Under the pieces are notes generated by a model that saw only the letters and a list, made by a program, of their open reading frames with translations, did no database searches and had not been told where the DNA came from. A stretch of 64,000 nt of DNA from Haliotis cracherodii. Taxonomy: Eukaryota. The position numbers and the translations under genes were made by a program. Where the stretch lies: positions 22,444,001-22,508,000 of the forward strand of contig NW_027266308.1 of the NCBI RefSeq assembly GCF_022045235.1, given 5' to 3'. Position 1 is the first letter of the stretch. Each line of letters starts with the position of its first letter. Shown here in pieces: positions 14,001 to 26,200 of the stretch.

Positions 14001-15086
14001 TGATATAACTGGAATACTGTCAAGTGCGGCGTTAAACAATAAGCAAACGAGTCGGGGGGTTTCTGGCTAGAATATGTCCCCATCAGTCTAGGCTTGTATG
14101 CGACCACTGATTGGAACGGGTGGTCACACTCATTTTGATGGTTAAATGCGTGGCCACATACCTTGATGACTTGGGACAACGCACATCACTGGTGTGTCTG
14201 GTCCAGGTTCGATTATTTACAAGCTGCTGTCACATTGCTGGATATTTGGTTTGCCAAGTGCGTCGCTGAACAACAAACAACAAAACCTCACTGACCACTA
14301 TCTATGTAGAATATATTGGAATTATATTTCCATAGCATAATTGAGATGATGTCTCCATTCATTTGGTTCATCTTGTTCAATGACAAAGTATTTAATTAAA
14401 AGGAATAAAAATAAAAGGAACTTTACACTTGAGGAAAAGATGCCAATTGACACTGTGAAATATTTTGTAACATGTTTTATAGGCGGTTGAGTACTGTTCC
14501 TAAATATCGTTTGTAATGTTATGTTGAACATTGTTTTCAGGATCACTGTTTGCCGGTATTGGACTTGTGAACATCATCTCATCAATTATAGGCATAACAG
14601 CTTTCAACGAGATGTATGATGCCACTGTGAAGATACTGCGTGGCTTCGCCTTTTTCGTCTGTGCGGGATTCCAACTATTGTCTGCAGTTATCATAGTGTG
14701 AGTTCCCCCAAAAAACTGATGTAATCTGTTTTCTATTTAAACACTTATGTCTATATTTCATTGTTTTTACACTTCGCTACTTTATACCCATGTTCATGTT
14801 GCATTGGCGTTTGCAATAAATGTACATTTGGTACCTAAAGTTGACAGGAGAATGAATGGAAAGATTGAGATACAATCTCATTAGCTATCCAATTCTACTA
14901 ATCATGTAAGGAAAGAGCTATTATATGTATAACAAATGCATATCCATGTGTTTCAGAGTGTTCGTGTGTACATCTCGTCGCGTGGTCGACACCAAAACCT
15001 CTACTGTTGTTGTCAACAACGAACCAGACTGGAAACCTGGTCCCATCATCTCCCAGGACAAGGCTGTCACCGAAAACACGACATAG
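11035..15086 (+). CDS. SLC46A: SLC46-family MFS transporter, copy 3, 492 aa; exons 11035-12142, 12408-12491, 14541-14697, 14957-15086
   Basis: GT-AG introns, 1479-nt frame. Motifs GAYSDFLGRR, YAYTADNTPPKNSRT, PFCW, PTLRAIMSRM, QGSLF. Confidence 0.92.
12578..12720 (-). mobile_element. SINE family A, internally deleted, in copy 3 intron 2
   Basis: Homologous to 6141-6295. Confidence 0.75.
13150..14285 (+). mobile_element. Cluster of decayed SINE family B copies in copy 3 intron 2
   Basis: Recurrent ggtcaggctc..gacttggttga, ctggtccagg.tcgattatttac and gcggcgttaaaca motifs. Confidence 0.6.
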
Positions 15087-15780
15087 TTTCCTTTGTCAAA
15101 AACTGTTTAAGACGTATAACAACTTCTTGTTAAATAGCAGTCACTGTCACAACATATATATGATAAACTACCATTTGATATAAACGCGTCAACTCGTCAA
15201 AATATTTTCATTTCATTTGCTTGCGATAACAATCTTCACTTATATTGCATAAAATATGTATTATGTTATGCTTAAATATATGTTGGTCAGTATTTGAAAA
15301 ACATTGTGATTCGCGAGTGCTAGGACTCGTATGTCTAGCAATTGGTCCACTGGATAGAAGCGCTGGAAAGGTTAAAAACTCAGGGCAACATACATATAAT
15401 GTCTCATGCATACGGTTATCCTAGTTTTGGCAAATCTATAGTCATATGACTGTGAATTTTATCACAATGTACAGTAGGCTAGTGTACACTGAGTCGTGAG
15501 GGAATACACTACCACTGCACTGTCAACACATACACCTGGAGGTGCACCAAACATATCAAACAGAGATTTCAGTGACATAACGTTTTGTCGAGACATTATC
15601 TGCTCTCTACACACGCATGTGTAAGGGACGAGTGTTGTTCTACGTTGCAGTCAACAATAAGCCAAATACATGTATACATTAGTCAAAAAAACTTATTCTT
15701 AAGAGCATGATCACTGATCCACTCCTTCGATGGGGGCCTACACAGCCTTGGAATTCCTAAGGTGGCTTAATGTCTGTTAA

Positions 15781-16291
15781 AGGCCGACCACGAGTATCTT
15801 GAAACATGGCTTAGGTTAATCTCTTCTTCTGACTGTTATTAGTAATATATGTTATAGTGATTATCAAATGTAATTAAGTGAGTGAGTGAGTATGGCTTTA
15901 CGCCGCTTTTAGCAATATTCCAGCAATATCACGGCGGGGGACACCAGAAATGGGCTTCACACATTGTACCCACGTCGGGAATCGAACCCGCGTCTTCGGC
16001 GTGACGAGCGAACGCTGTAGCCACTAGGCTATCCGACCGCCCCGAATGTTATTAAGAATGCCGGTTTTTTTGTTTTTAAGTTGTAAATCAATCACATATT
16101 CCTCAAACCTTTTTCTTGATTGTTGTAAAATCCCAGAATAAAACCAGCAATAGAAATTAGGAATGACGTCCTTTGAGTTGACAGGGCTGATTGACACACA
16201 TAAACAAAAGGTCTGCTGCCTCATGACAACATGATAAAACTGATAACAGCATCAAGATACAGATATTCGAAAGGTAGACCGTGGTCGGCCT
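15781..16291. mobile_element. Non-autonomous DNA transposon, TTAA TSD (Kolobok-type ends), containing a SINE
   Basis: TTAA|AGGCCGACCACG ... CGTGGTCGGCCT|TTAA: 12-bp perfect TIR. Confidence 0.75.
15879..16044 (-). mobile_element. Full-length tRNA-derived SINE family A
   Basis: A and B boxes, (CACT)n tail, TSD aatgtaattaag/aatgttattaag. Confidence 0.88.
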
Positions 16292-16499
16292 TTAAGATAT
16301 GTCGATAAACGTGAGGCTGCACTCACATCTGCCCTGGCTCTGTACAATTCATATATTTTAGCTGAAGCAATCCTTAACTACAACATCCGATATTAAAGGA
16401 TTCAAGCATTTAATATCATAAAGGCCTAAGTACATTCATGTTTAAGGTCACGTGACTCACAGTGTGGGATACGAAATAAATAATAATAATTACAATGTT

Positions 16500-18780
16500 A
16501 TGGTTTAAAAAATATGTTATACTTTGACAAATATTTACTTCTTGTTTGAGAGCACACAACAAAATGGACAAAGAAAATCATCTTCATTTATCAGAAGAAA
16601 TATTTCTTATGTATTTCTGGACACCAAGTATATTATAACTAATTCAATGTTTTGACAATGTAGTTCTATTCTATAGTTCTTGTTTTCACATCGAAAGTTT
16701 GATTTAAGTTGTGTATAAACTCTTAAAGAGGGGTTTGAGACCAAGAGTGCCAATCTCTAACTCGTTGTTAAAATAACTGGTTAAACAAATCTGAGTTACC
16801 AAGATTCTGTGTCATCCAAGCATAGCCAAAACCATATTTGAAGAGATTCTTCACATGGATTGCCCAATTTGGGTGCCTTCTATCACATGTATTTCTCATC
16901 ATTTTATAAGATTCAAAATAGAATCTTGGGTAAAAGGGAATCATTATTCATATTTAATAACCTTCACCAATATTTTATACATTTAACAAAATAAATAGAA
17001 CTTAAAGGAAGTCTCCCACATTCTCCATAGGTGGACACATTGAAAATCTTTACCCCAACCCTAAATGGAATTTTAAAAAATTCCTATAGATACATTCAAT
17101 ACTTTCTCTATAAACATATCCCTATATTTCGCTTCCAAATAGGGATTATTTCCCAGTAAAAGATTTTAAATTAATTATTTACGGGCAGATCCTTATAATA
17201 GATTTTAATTAAAAATTCTTATTATAGATCTTACAGGGAAAAAGTTTTGGGAGCTTGTACAGAAAGAACCTTCTACCCTACAGTCCAAATTAATTTCGGG
17301 GTTTGTATCAAACATAAATATGTATAGCTACTTATTACTTCCAGATGCCTACCATTCAATGACCATCCTTTATACCTAGAGAGGGTCCCGCTAACAATAA
17401 TTTGGTTTGGTCAATATTAACATCCATACCCCATTTATCGCAATAAAATTGTAGAGCAATTAATCTGTTCTGATGACCAATAACTTTATCTGAAACAAAA
17501 ATAAGATCATCTGCAAAAAGCAGAGCAATAACATTATAGATATTATAGGGTTTTTTTCCGATAGAACATTCCACCCTTTAGTCCAAATTAATTTCGGGGT
17601 GGGTATCAAACCTAAATATGTATAGATACTTAATGCTTCCAGATGCCTACCATTCAGTTACCTTCTTTTATACCTACAGAGGGGCCCGCCAGGTTCAATA
17701 ACAATCATTTGGTTTTGTCAATAATAACATCCATACCCCATTTATCACAATAATCTTGTAGAGCAATTAATCTGTTCTGAAGACCAGTAATTTTATCTGG
17801 AACAATAACATCATCTGCAAAAAGTAATGCAATACTATTTGACATTTCCTGTGAAACATAAATTCCATTTTCAAAACTATCACGCATATATACAGTCAAT
17901 TCCTTAATAAATAAGAAGAAAAGTAGTAGGCCCATAATGCACCTTGTTTATACCACTGAGACAGGTTAAATATTCTGCCGGCATCTTTATTATATCTCAC
18001 TTGTGGACAATCATTAGACATAATGCATGTGCTTTCATCGATAGGTAAATTATCTATATTGTCATATTCTATAAAGTCAAACTTAATTCCAGTCCTGACA
18101 TTAAAGTCCCCTAATAATATTATTTCACTTTGAGGGTAGCTTTCTTTTAGCACTGTTGATATATTTTCCAAAATTTCAATACAATCTTTACATGTCATTG
18201 TCTCTGGTATTATGTATACACACGCAAATATTAGGTATTTTTCCTGAAAGGTTTTCCCTTAAGATGTCAAAACAACAAGGTCAATCCACTCCATAGATTT
18301 GTTGGGGCTTGTTAAAACATGCATTTTGTCATTTACTGCTGTTCCACTACTGCATCTTCAAAATTTTCTTTTAAATTATCTGAAAACAGCCACATTCAGC
18401 AAATGCATTACTAAACTTGTCAATTGACTTCGCCAAAGTTTCGATGAGACAAAACATGTCATATTGATCCAAAATTCGCTTGAAGTCTGTAAATCTGAGC
18501 TTATTTATTAAACCGTGTACATTCCAACCTAAAACTCTCAGTGTAGAGGAATGACGAGTACCTGCTTCATGTTGATTGTCCGAAATGATCAAGTCCGGTC
18601 CCATGCCCTACCTGTTCCCACTGATGTCGAGCGGTTCTTGGGCACGAGAGCTATGATGTTGGAATCCTCGTTGTTATATGAATAAACTTCATTGTCGATG
18701 ACAAGCTTATCTCCATGCAGATAGGACATTTTCCCCTCATCCTGAGCAGTTTGAAGGAATGAAAATATATTTTACGTTTG
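16500..18780 (-). mobile_element. Degraded CR1/L2-group LINE (ORF1 end, endonuclease, RT)
   Basis: ORF pieces VLGWNVHGL..FCLIET, IILLGDFNVRTG, and LLFADD twice. Confidence 0.8.
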
Positions 18781-19332
18781 TTATGTGTCGTCTGGACACT
18801 AATGATCTGTTACCAACATTTCTCCAATGTCTTTTAGATCTCCCAATGCCAACATCTAGAAAACATCCGACACTGTTTGACATAATCTCTGTGTCGGTAT
18901 ACATTGATGTTTAATGGTAGCTAAAATGAAACAAAAACGAAAAGGTTATGCGATCGTGACGGATAACAGACGGGTATCATGACTGTGTTTGGACTTCAAG
19001 TTTGCTGACTTTCAGCGACTATTTTCAGCATAGTAAACTTTAATAACCATTAAAATGTTTTGGTTTATATAACTTTTGAAGGGTGGTCAAATTATATTGC
19101 ACAAGCATGGATCCTACCATTCTACCAGAAATATAAAATGTCTACGCCAGGGAATAATTCGTCTCAATTATCCATTCCATTGGCTGTCAAAGGCAAAATA
19201 GCGATGACAATTTTAAGAATGGATCACTGAAAATATAGAAACGACACCAGGTGTTCGCAATGGATCAATGAAAATTAAAAAGACGACACCAGGTGTTCAC
19301 GAAAACAACATTCAAGAAAGTTTGCTAATATA

Positions 19333-19646
19333 GGGAAACCTCAAGGCTAATGTAGTGCTTTTGGTTTTCCCTTTTGCTGTCAATATCTATCCATCCACAT
19401 CCAGAACTCACTCACATTAGGGATCGCTATGATAGATTTCACCACCCACCAAGCTTGTGCAAATTTCCCAGACCAGTACTGGATACTTTGTAAAAAGAAT
19501 GGTTAATCTCAAGGCTAATGTAGTGCTTTTGGTTTTCTATTTTGCTGTCAATATCTATCCATCCACATCCAGAACTCACACACATTAGGGATCGTTATGA
19601 TAGATTTCACCACCCACCAAGCTTGTACTGGATACTTTGTAAAAAA
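19333..19646 (+). pseudogene. Internally deleted SLC46 exon-1 relic, two tandem copies
   Basis: ctcaaggctaatgtagtgcttttggtttt (LKANVV.LVF) joined directly to ...agaactca...tagggatcgctatgatagatttcaccacc (NSRT.GIA.IDFTT) and actggatactt; the unit occurs twice. Confidence 0.75.
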
Positions 19647-19776
19647 AGAGTTTTTGCACGTGCAAATTGTGAATCACGTGGAGATGTCTTCATGAACAGG
19701 TACTGAAAGATGCATTATTTACTTTAAGAATACATGCATTTTCTAACTTAATATGAAGCACAGTTACATTTCTTAA

Positions 19777-20428
19777 AGGGCAATTTCACATGGAAATGAA
19801 CCATTTTTTCTTGTACTTTTTCCACATTAAAAGTGTTAACATAGAAGTGTCATAGACAAAAATATAAAAGCATCATATTTAATTAACATATTTATTGCAC
19901 TAACACGATTTATATTTTTCACATTTACCAAGTGTTCTATTTCCATAACAAAAACACCATGGCTTATGCCCCTTGCAATATGACGTCATTGGTGCCAATT
20001 GATAAACATTATGACGTCATCATGCTTTGTTAGAGCCGCTTCACGTGGTGTAGGTACAGTTTTGTGATTCTAGCACTCTCAGATGCCAGCCAGAATTGTG
20101 TTATGCTGAGTCACCACTGCGCCGGAGTGTGTCGTAGACCATGTTGTTTTACCGCAAACTGGTCCTTGATAACTTTTGCGTTGAGAATAGACAGGGACCC
20201 AGTTGAATTGGCACCAATTACGTCATAATCTAAGGGGGATAACTCAGGCCCATTTCGCTCGTAAAACGAAGGCCTCATAACGGCATATCACTTTCACACT
20301 ATTGTGAGCTTCCTACTTTCACTGTGAAAAAAAATGAATATATTTTCAAACACAGATACTAACTAATTCTAAAATTGCGTTTTGTTTAGAAAAAGAAAGA
20401 AAGTGATTTTTGCGTGTACACTTCCCCT
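19777..20428. mobile_element. Probable non-autonomous DNA transposon with TTAA TSD
   Basis: TTAA|AGGGCAATTTCACA ... TGTACACTTCCCCT|TTAA, degenerate TIRs. Confidence 0.5.
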
Positions 20429-20685
20429 TTAAGACACTACATTTACTCCGGGATATATGATTATGTATATGAGAGTAATTGTATTCTCATTGTGTTAGAG
20501 GAAGTGGTAGAAGGTTGTAAATTAACACAGGGTGTCTAGGTATGTTATTTCAAAGATTTTGGCCAGCAGTTTATTTCAACCTAGTGACCAATAACGATTA
20601 CACATTGTGCTTATACATGCATTTGATGATTTTGATCAGGTTGCAATAGACAAATCGCAATGAACATGTATTTGTTATTATCATA

Positions 20686-21430
20686 TACACAAAGAAAAAC
20701 GTTAAGCACACCCCATTTCAGAACAAAATTCATGGCATGGGATGACTGACCACGGGAGCTGGGCATTTCCAATATCAACGGATATAACATACATTTGACA
20801 ACAAAGAAGATATCGGTGAGTTGTGATTGGAATTTAGTGACATAAACATCATGGTAACACAGGTACTGTTTTTGACCTAAGACAATACCTGAAAAAAGTA
20901 TGGAGCTGCAGGATTAAGTAAACGATTTACGTTTGATGTTTCATGTGAAAATGTTCCTTAAAGTCTCTACTTGACATGACACGTGAAACAGATCAGTAGC
21001 GGGTTTAACCGCCCGGTACCCGGATGACGCATTCCACCCTACGTCTCATGCCTCCAGTCAGACGTTGGATCTGTTGATGGTTATACCACAATCACTCCTG
21101 GTGCAATGCTGCTTCCAACTGGCGTAAATCGTGTACAGGAGGATCTCGTGCCTGTATGCGCCGCCCCAGAATATCCAAAACATGTTCAAGGGGGTTCAAA
21201 TCTGGGCTCATTGCTGGCCAGGGTAGAGTTGTTATTGCATTGGCCCTCATGTAATCCACGACTGCATGCGAACGACGACTGGCCTCAAAACGTCCCGGAT
21301 GTACCGAGCCCTTGTTAAGTTGCCCCTTGTGGTGACCAAATCAATCCTGCAATTATGAGAGATACACCCCCAAACCATTACTGAGCCCCCGCCAAGTTCT
21401 CAGATTCCAGTTCTGTTGCGCAATACACCA
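20686..21430 (-). mobile_element. Tc1 transposon 3' fragment
   Basis: Minus strand encodes a degenerate WP..SPDL.P.EHV.D.LGRR and MRRRVECVI..GG.TRY C-terminus; left boundary approximate. Confidence 0.75.
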
Positions 21431-23210
21431 TGCTAAACGAGGGAATTGCCTAAAAGTCGGGCCAAGAAAATTCGGGCCGGGCCGGGCCAGCGGGTAATAC
21501 TAAAAATGGATTGCAGAATAATAAAATGCATCTTCAGTAATGTAATAAACTGATAATTATAGCTACATACCGAGAGTCCATACCGAAAAGTCACTGTCTT
21601 GACTGTGTCTTTTCTTTGATGAGAAGGTTTCTCACCGACCTTAGCGTGTAGGGGTGTCATGTCCTGGGCAGGAAATGACAGTGTTTTGACTCCTCTTCTT
21701 TCATTAATTAACGTGTTTGGCATCCCTAATTAACCTTTACTAATTTACTGTTACAGAGCTTATTCATTAACTCGAAAACAGTGCTTCAAATTCTTCTGGA
21801 CTGAGTTAAATAGATGATGTTTTGGGAGAGATCGTAGATACTCGGACTTGAAGAAACGGACATTAAACGTTGCACAGGTGAAGGATTGGTGTGGACAAAA
21901 CGGGAAAGGGATCCCTGATTGTATTTTAAAACTTGTGCGCAAAGTGTATCCAAATCCCCCGAACAAAAAATACATGGGACAAGTGTGGATCTAATGATCA
22001 AACTCAGATTTGTGTGTGAAAATTCTGAGAAAGGAAAGGAAATCTATAATTAAAGTTGTCTTGGAATATGTGAATTGAGTTTTCGTTTATCGTAAGTACA
22101 ATATTATCTTGATATGCTTAATGTAGGGTAAAACATCAAGTATATTTCGTTACTTATTTATTAGTTGCTTATACGTGACATATTCATATATTGTAGTCAA
22201 GCTAAGAAATATTGGCGCAACTTCTGGTACTTCAAATTAGGCCCCTTCCTAAACACCAGTTGAAAAATCTTATTAATAATTGAAGTTTATATATATAATC
22301 TGATTATTGTGTGGTATAGATCGAACTGTTGAATCCAAATGACCAAAACTAAACAAATATCTGTAATTTTCGGACTGAACTGACAAAATCTTGTCGTCAA
22401 TTTCGAATTTATGTATCGTTACTGTTACATTAACCGAAACTGTTGTTCTGCTGCTGTTCCGCTGTAAAAATATTCAACACAATACACTTTGACCACAAAT
22501 GCATTGAATGTGTCACATGTACACATGACCATGTGCTTTGCTATTTATAGCGCAACCGTAATTAAGCTCCGCCAAATGTGATTGATGCAGACGCCAAAAA
22601 CGATCGATTCGATTTTTTATGATAAAACTACTGAAAAGTTATTGACTTATATCTAGATATGGAGCCATTTGTGGTATCCAGGGTTTGTCATTCAAGTTGA
22701 TACGAAGTTTGACGGTCAATGGTGATCTTGTTTGCGTACGGTTTTCAAAACGCTTCTCCGGCACTCGGTTGTGTTTACATTGTCAGTCCTTGTTCGAAAC
22801 TGAAACACCGCCACCTTGCAGGCTTTTTATGGTCAGGGTGGGGCTTTAAACAGAGATTGTCCACAATGCAATAAACACATTATATTGCAATGTTGTTAAA
22901 ATGTAATTAATAATGCAGAAGGATACTAGATCCATATTTATTAACACTTCGTTATTGTAATACCCGAGTCAAGTCTGTGTATATCTCCGGACATAGAGTC
23001 AGTGTCACAAATACCATGTTAATAAAGGTCAATGGACAAGACAGAGACAGGGCGATCTGATTCAACGATGATTGATAGTGTTATCTAGTAAGCACCACCA
23101 GTAAACAAGGTCACTGTCACACGTCTACATGGTTCGAAAATCACGGCCTCAAGTATGTATGTATAACTAGAAGCAATTCTTGAACGGTGTTCAAATATTA
23201 CTGAACAAAC

Positions 23211-26200
23211 ATGGAGTCTTCACTGCTACCAGAAACCAACGACCTAGAAGGCAAGTCTAAACTGGGAAATCTACTCAAGGCTAACGTTGTGTTTCTTGTT
23301 TTCCATTTGGCAATCAATATCCATGATCCACTCGTAACACAATATCTTTACAAGAGGTACTCCGATGAGGTGTTCGATAACAAAGGGTCTGCCAGCACTC
23401 TAAATCAAACCTCAAAGTGTTACGTCAATAAGTCGGATCCAGGATATATGTTACAGGAAAGTGTTCAAGAAAGGACATCAAACTGTCAAACTATACTCAC
23501 AGCCATTAGAAGTTCCTTGGCAGTAATCAGCTGTATGTTTCTAGGGGCATATTCTGATTTCCTTGGTCGACGATTCCTCTTTATAGTACCTTTGATTGGA
23601 GAGTTTCTAAGGCAGTTATTTCTAACAGCTGTTATTTACTGGAGTCTAGATCTGAAATACCTGTATATAGGCGAGGCCTTAGATGGTATTTTAGGGGGGT
23701 TCAATGGTGTGGCTCTAGCTAGTTATGCCTACACGGCTGACAATACACCACCTAAGAACTCCCGGACAGTAGGCATTGCGCTAATAGATTTCACCACCTA
23801 CCTAGCTGCTGCAGCTTCCTCAGCCAGTACTGGATACTTTATCAAAGACCTAGGTTATCTCTACCCTGCCGTGACCACTACTTCACTCATACTTCTGTCT
23901 CTACTCCTTGTTGTTGTTTTGCTCCCTGAAACTATCAACACTGATCGCAGACTTCAATATCCAAGTCCTGTGAAAGCAGTGAAAAATGTCTTTGGATTCT
24001 ACTTTTCGAAAGATTTTGGACCAAAGCGAAGCCTTTTCTGGCTTATACTTGCAGCATATCTTATATCCTTTTTCAGTCAGACTGGTGTGTACTTTGTCCA
24101 ATATCTTTTCCAACTAAACCTGCCTTTCTGTTGGGGACCAGAACTCATTGGCTACTTTTATATGGCGTTGTCGCTTTCTCGCCAATTACTGGGGATTCCA
24201 GTCATCAAACTCCTCCATCTGTGCACCTCAGACCCAGGAATATGTATCATAACATCTGTCATACAGGCAGCAGCCTTTGCCCTTGACGGCCTGGCCAACA
24301 CTGACGTCATGCTTTTCTCATGTGAGTATTTATAACAATTGCTTTTATATTTATAAATTATTTTCTCGCAGTAGCATGATTTCGGGCAAAAGTGTGAGAA
24401 TTAGTAGAGAAATAGATTGTCCTTTATAAGTTGTTCTGTAAGTTTTTAATGAAAAAGAATTCTCAAATTGAAACGTGAAGGTTAACCCCGAAATCGGTAG
24501 GTACAGAACTAAATAGTGAAATCAGTAAGTAACCACATGAGATCAATGAACACATGACCCATGACATTATTAGATCTAAAATTAAAAAAAGGGCTCGAAT
24601 CACCTCATTTGATTCTCATGTAGGTACAGCCAGACTTCTAGAAACTGTTGCCTTGCGAAGCAACTCGAATGAGATCGTCACTCCCAAAAGGGCATTGCAG
24701 CAAGTATCAAGCGCTGGGGTGGAGCATCGACTGTGAACAACTATGGGCAGTTACAATATATCTACTGCCACATAACAATTTTGGCATAGGTCAGTAGGCC
24801 CTTGTAAATGGACTTTGTTAGTAGCATCAAATAATTGAAATGCTTGTAAAATGTTGAGAGTTGTCAATAATTTAGAGTTATCCACGCTTATTTCGACATA
24901 CTTTGTGTACCCTCTGATAAGTGTAAATTGGCACGGCGTCCATGGCCAAAAGCTAGCGATACACAATGCCTTTTTTGGAGAGTGATCAAATGTGACAAAT
25001 GTTATAACTGGGATAACACTTACTTTTGTCGGATTTCCCTCAGTGGCTGCGTGGGTGAGATCGCTGACTTTGTGTGCTGGTTTGAAACACGATTCATGTG
25101 TGATGTCTGGTATTAGACATTGTTACAAGCCAGGTTATTTGAATATTATAATTCTTTCATGTGCTGTGACCTGTTCTTTGGCTACCCAGATCTCCCATGT
25201 TTTTGTAAATAAAAATGAGGCCACTTCTGATCTTGTTGGTACTTTTATGGATCATTCTCTTCAGTACCTTGTCAAGCAGTAATGCTTATTTCCCTGTACT
25301 CTCTCAAACTCAACGCATTTCTTCTCAGGGTGACCATATAGAAATTCACACACTCGCCAGACTAGCACTTTCTTCCAGTGAGGTTGCCAGAGTTCATGTT
25401 TGTATCTACTACCAAGATAGTGTTATGATGAGACATAGACACCTCTAGAAGATTCTGCTGAAGATGAGTGGAAAGATTTTCACCCCACTGTTTTTCTGAG
25501 ATTTCATGAACATATTCTCATATAACTGGTCTTTTGAGTTTTAACAAAACATGTGAAAAGGTTTTAGCTTCGGTTATTATTTGCACCTAGATAGTCAGTT
25601 CAAGAATCGTTTGTTAGTCTAGGTAGTTAGTCTTTGGTCTGGAACCACTTGACCATTTCAAAGAACAAAGGCTTAAAGACCATCAGAAATAAGTTGTCTT
25701 TGTGTCTACTTTCCAAAAAATACTACTCTATATTTGAAAACGGAGACTGGCCTGTTTCACGACATAAGATGGTGAGCAAATTTCGGATATGTGCGAGTGC
25801 ACGTATATTAATAACGGGCCCTATTACTTATTGCTCCTGCCATGATTGATTATTGCTTTTTTGTGGACCTAAATATGTGTGTTATAATATAACTTATATA
25901 TCATTCATTGATCAAATGTGGTCCTTTACCGATTTCACAGTACTGACGTCTGGGTTAAGTTTTGCGTTCCAATTTGGGGAGCCTTTCGTAAAACTATAAA
26001 TGAGAACTAAATATTAACCTGTTTATTATCCCCTGCCCGAAGTAGAAGGGGGATATAGGAATGGGTGCTGTCCGTACGTCTTTCCGTCATGATTCGTTTC
26101 TTGTGTAATTACTCAAAAACCATAAGAGATGTCTTAACCAAACTTGGCACATAAAAAGATCTAGATGTACACTGGTGCCTTTTGATAGTTTTGGATTTTG

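Noticed and set aside
6141-16044. tRNA-like A/B boxes
   Set aside because: SINE heads with TSDs and tails; no complete cloverleaf.
19218-19282. Short direct repeats as a CRISPR-like array
   Set aside because: Two adjacent copies without spacers, in a eukaryotic context.
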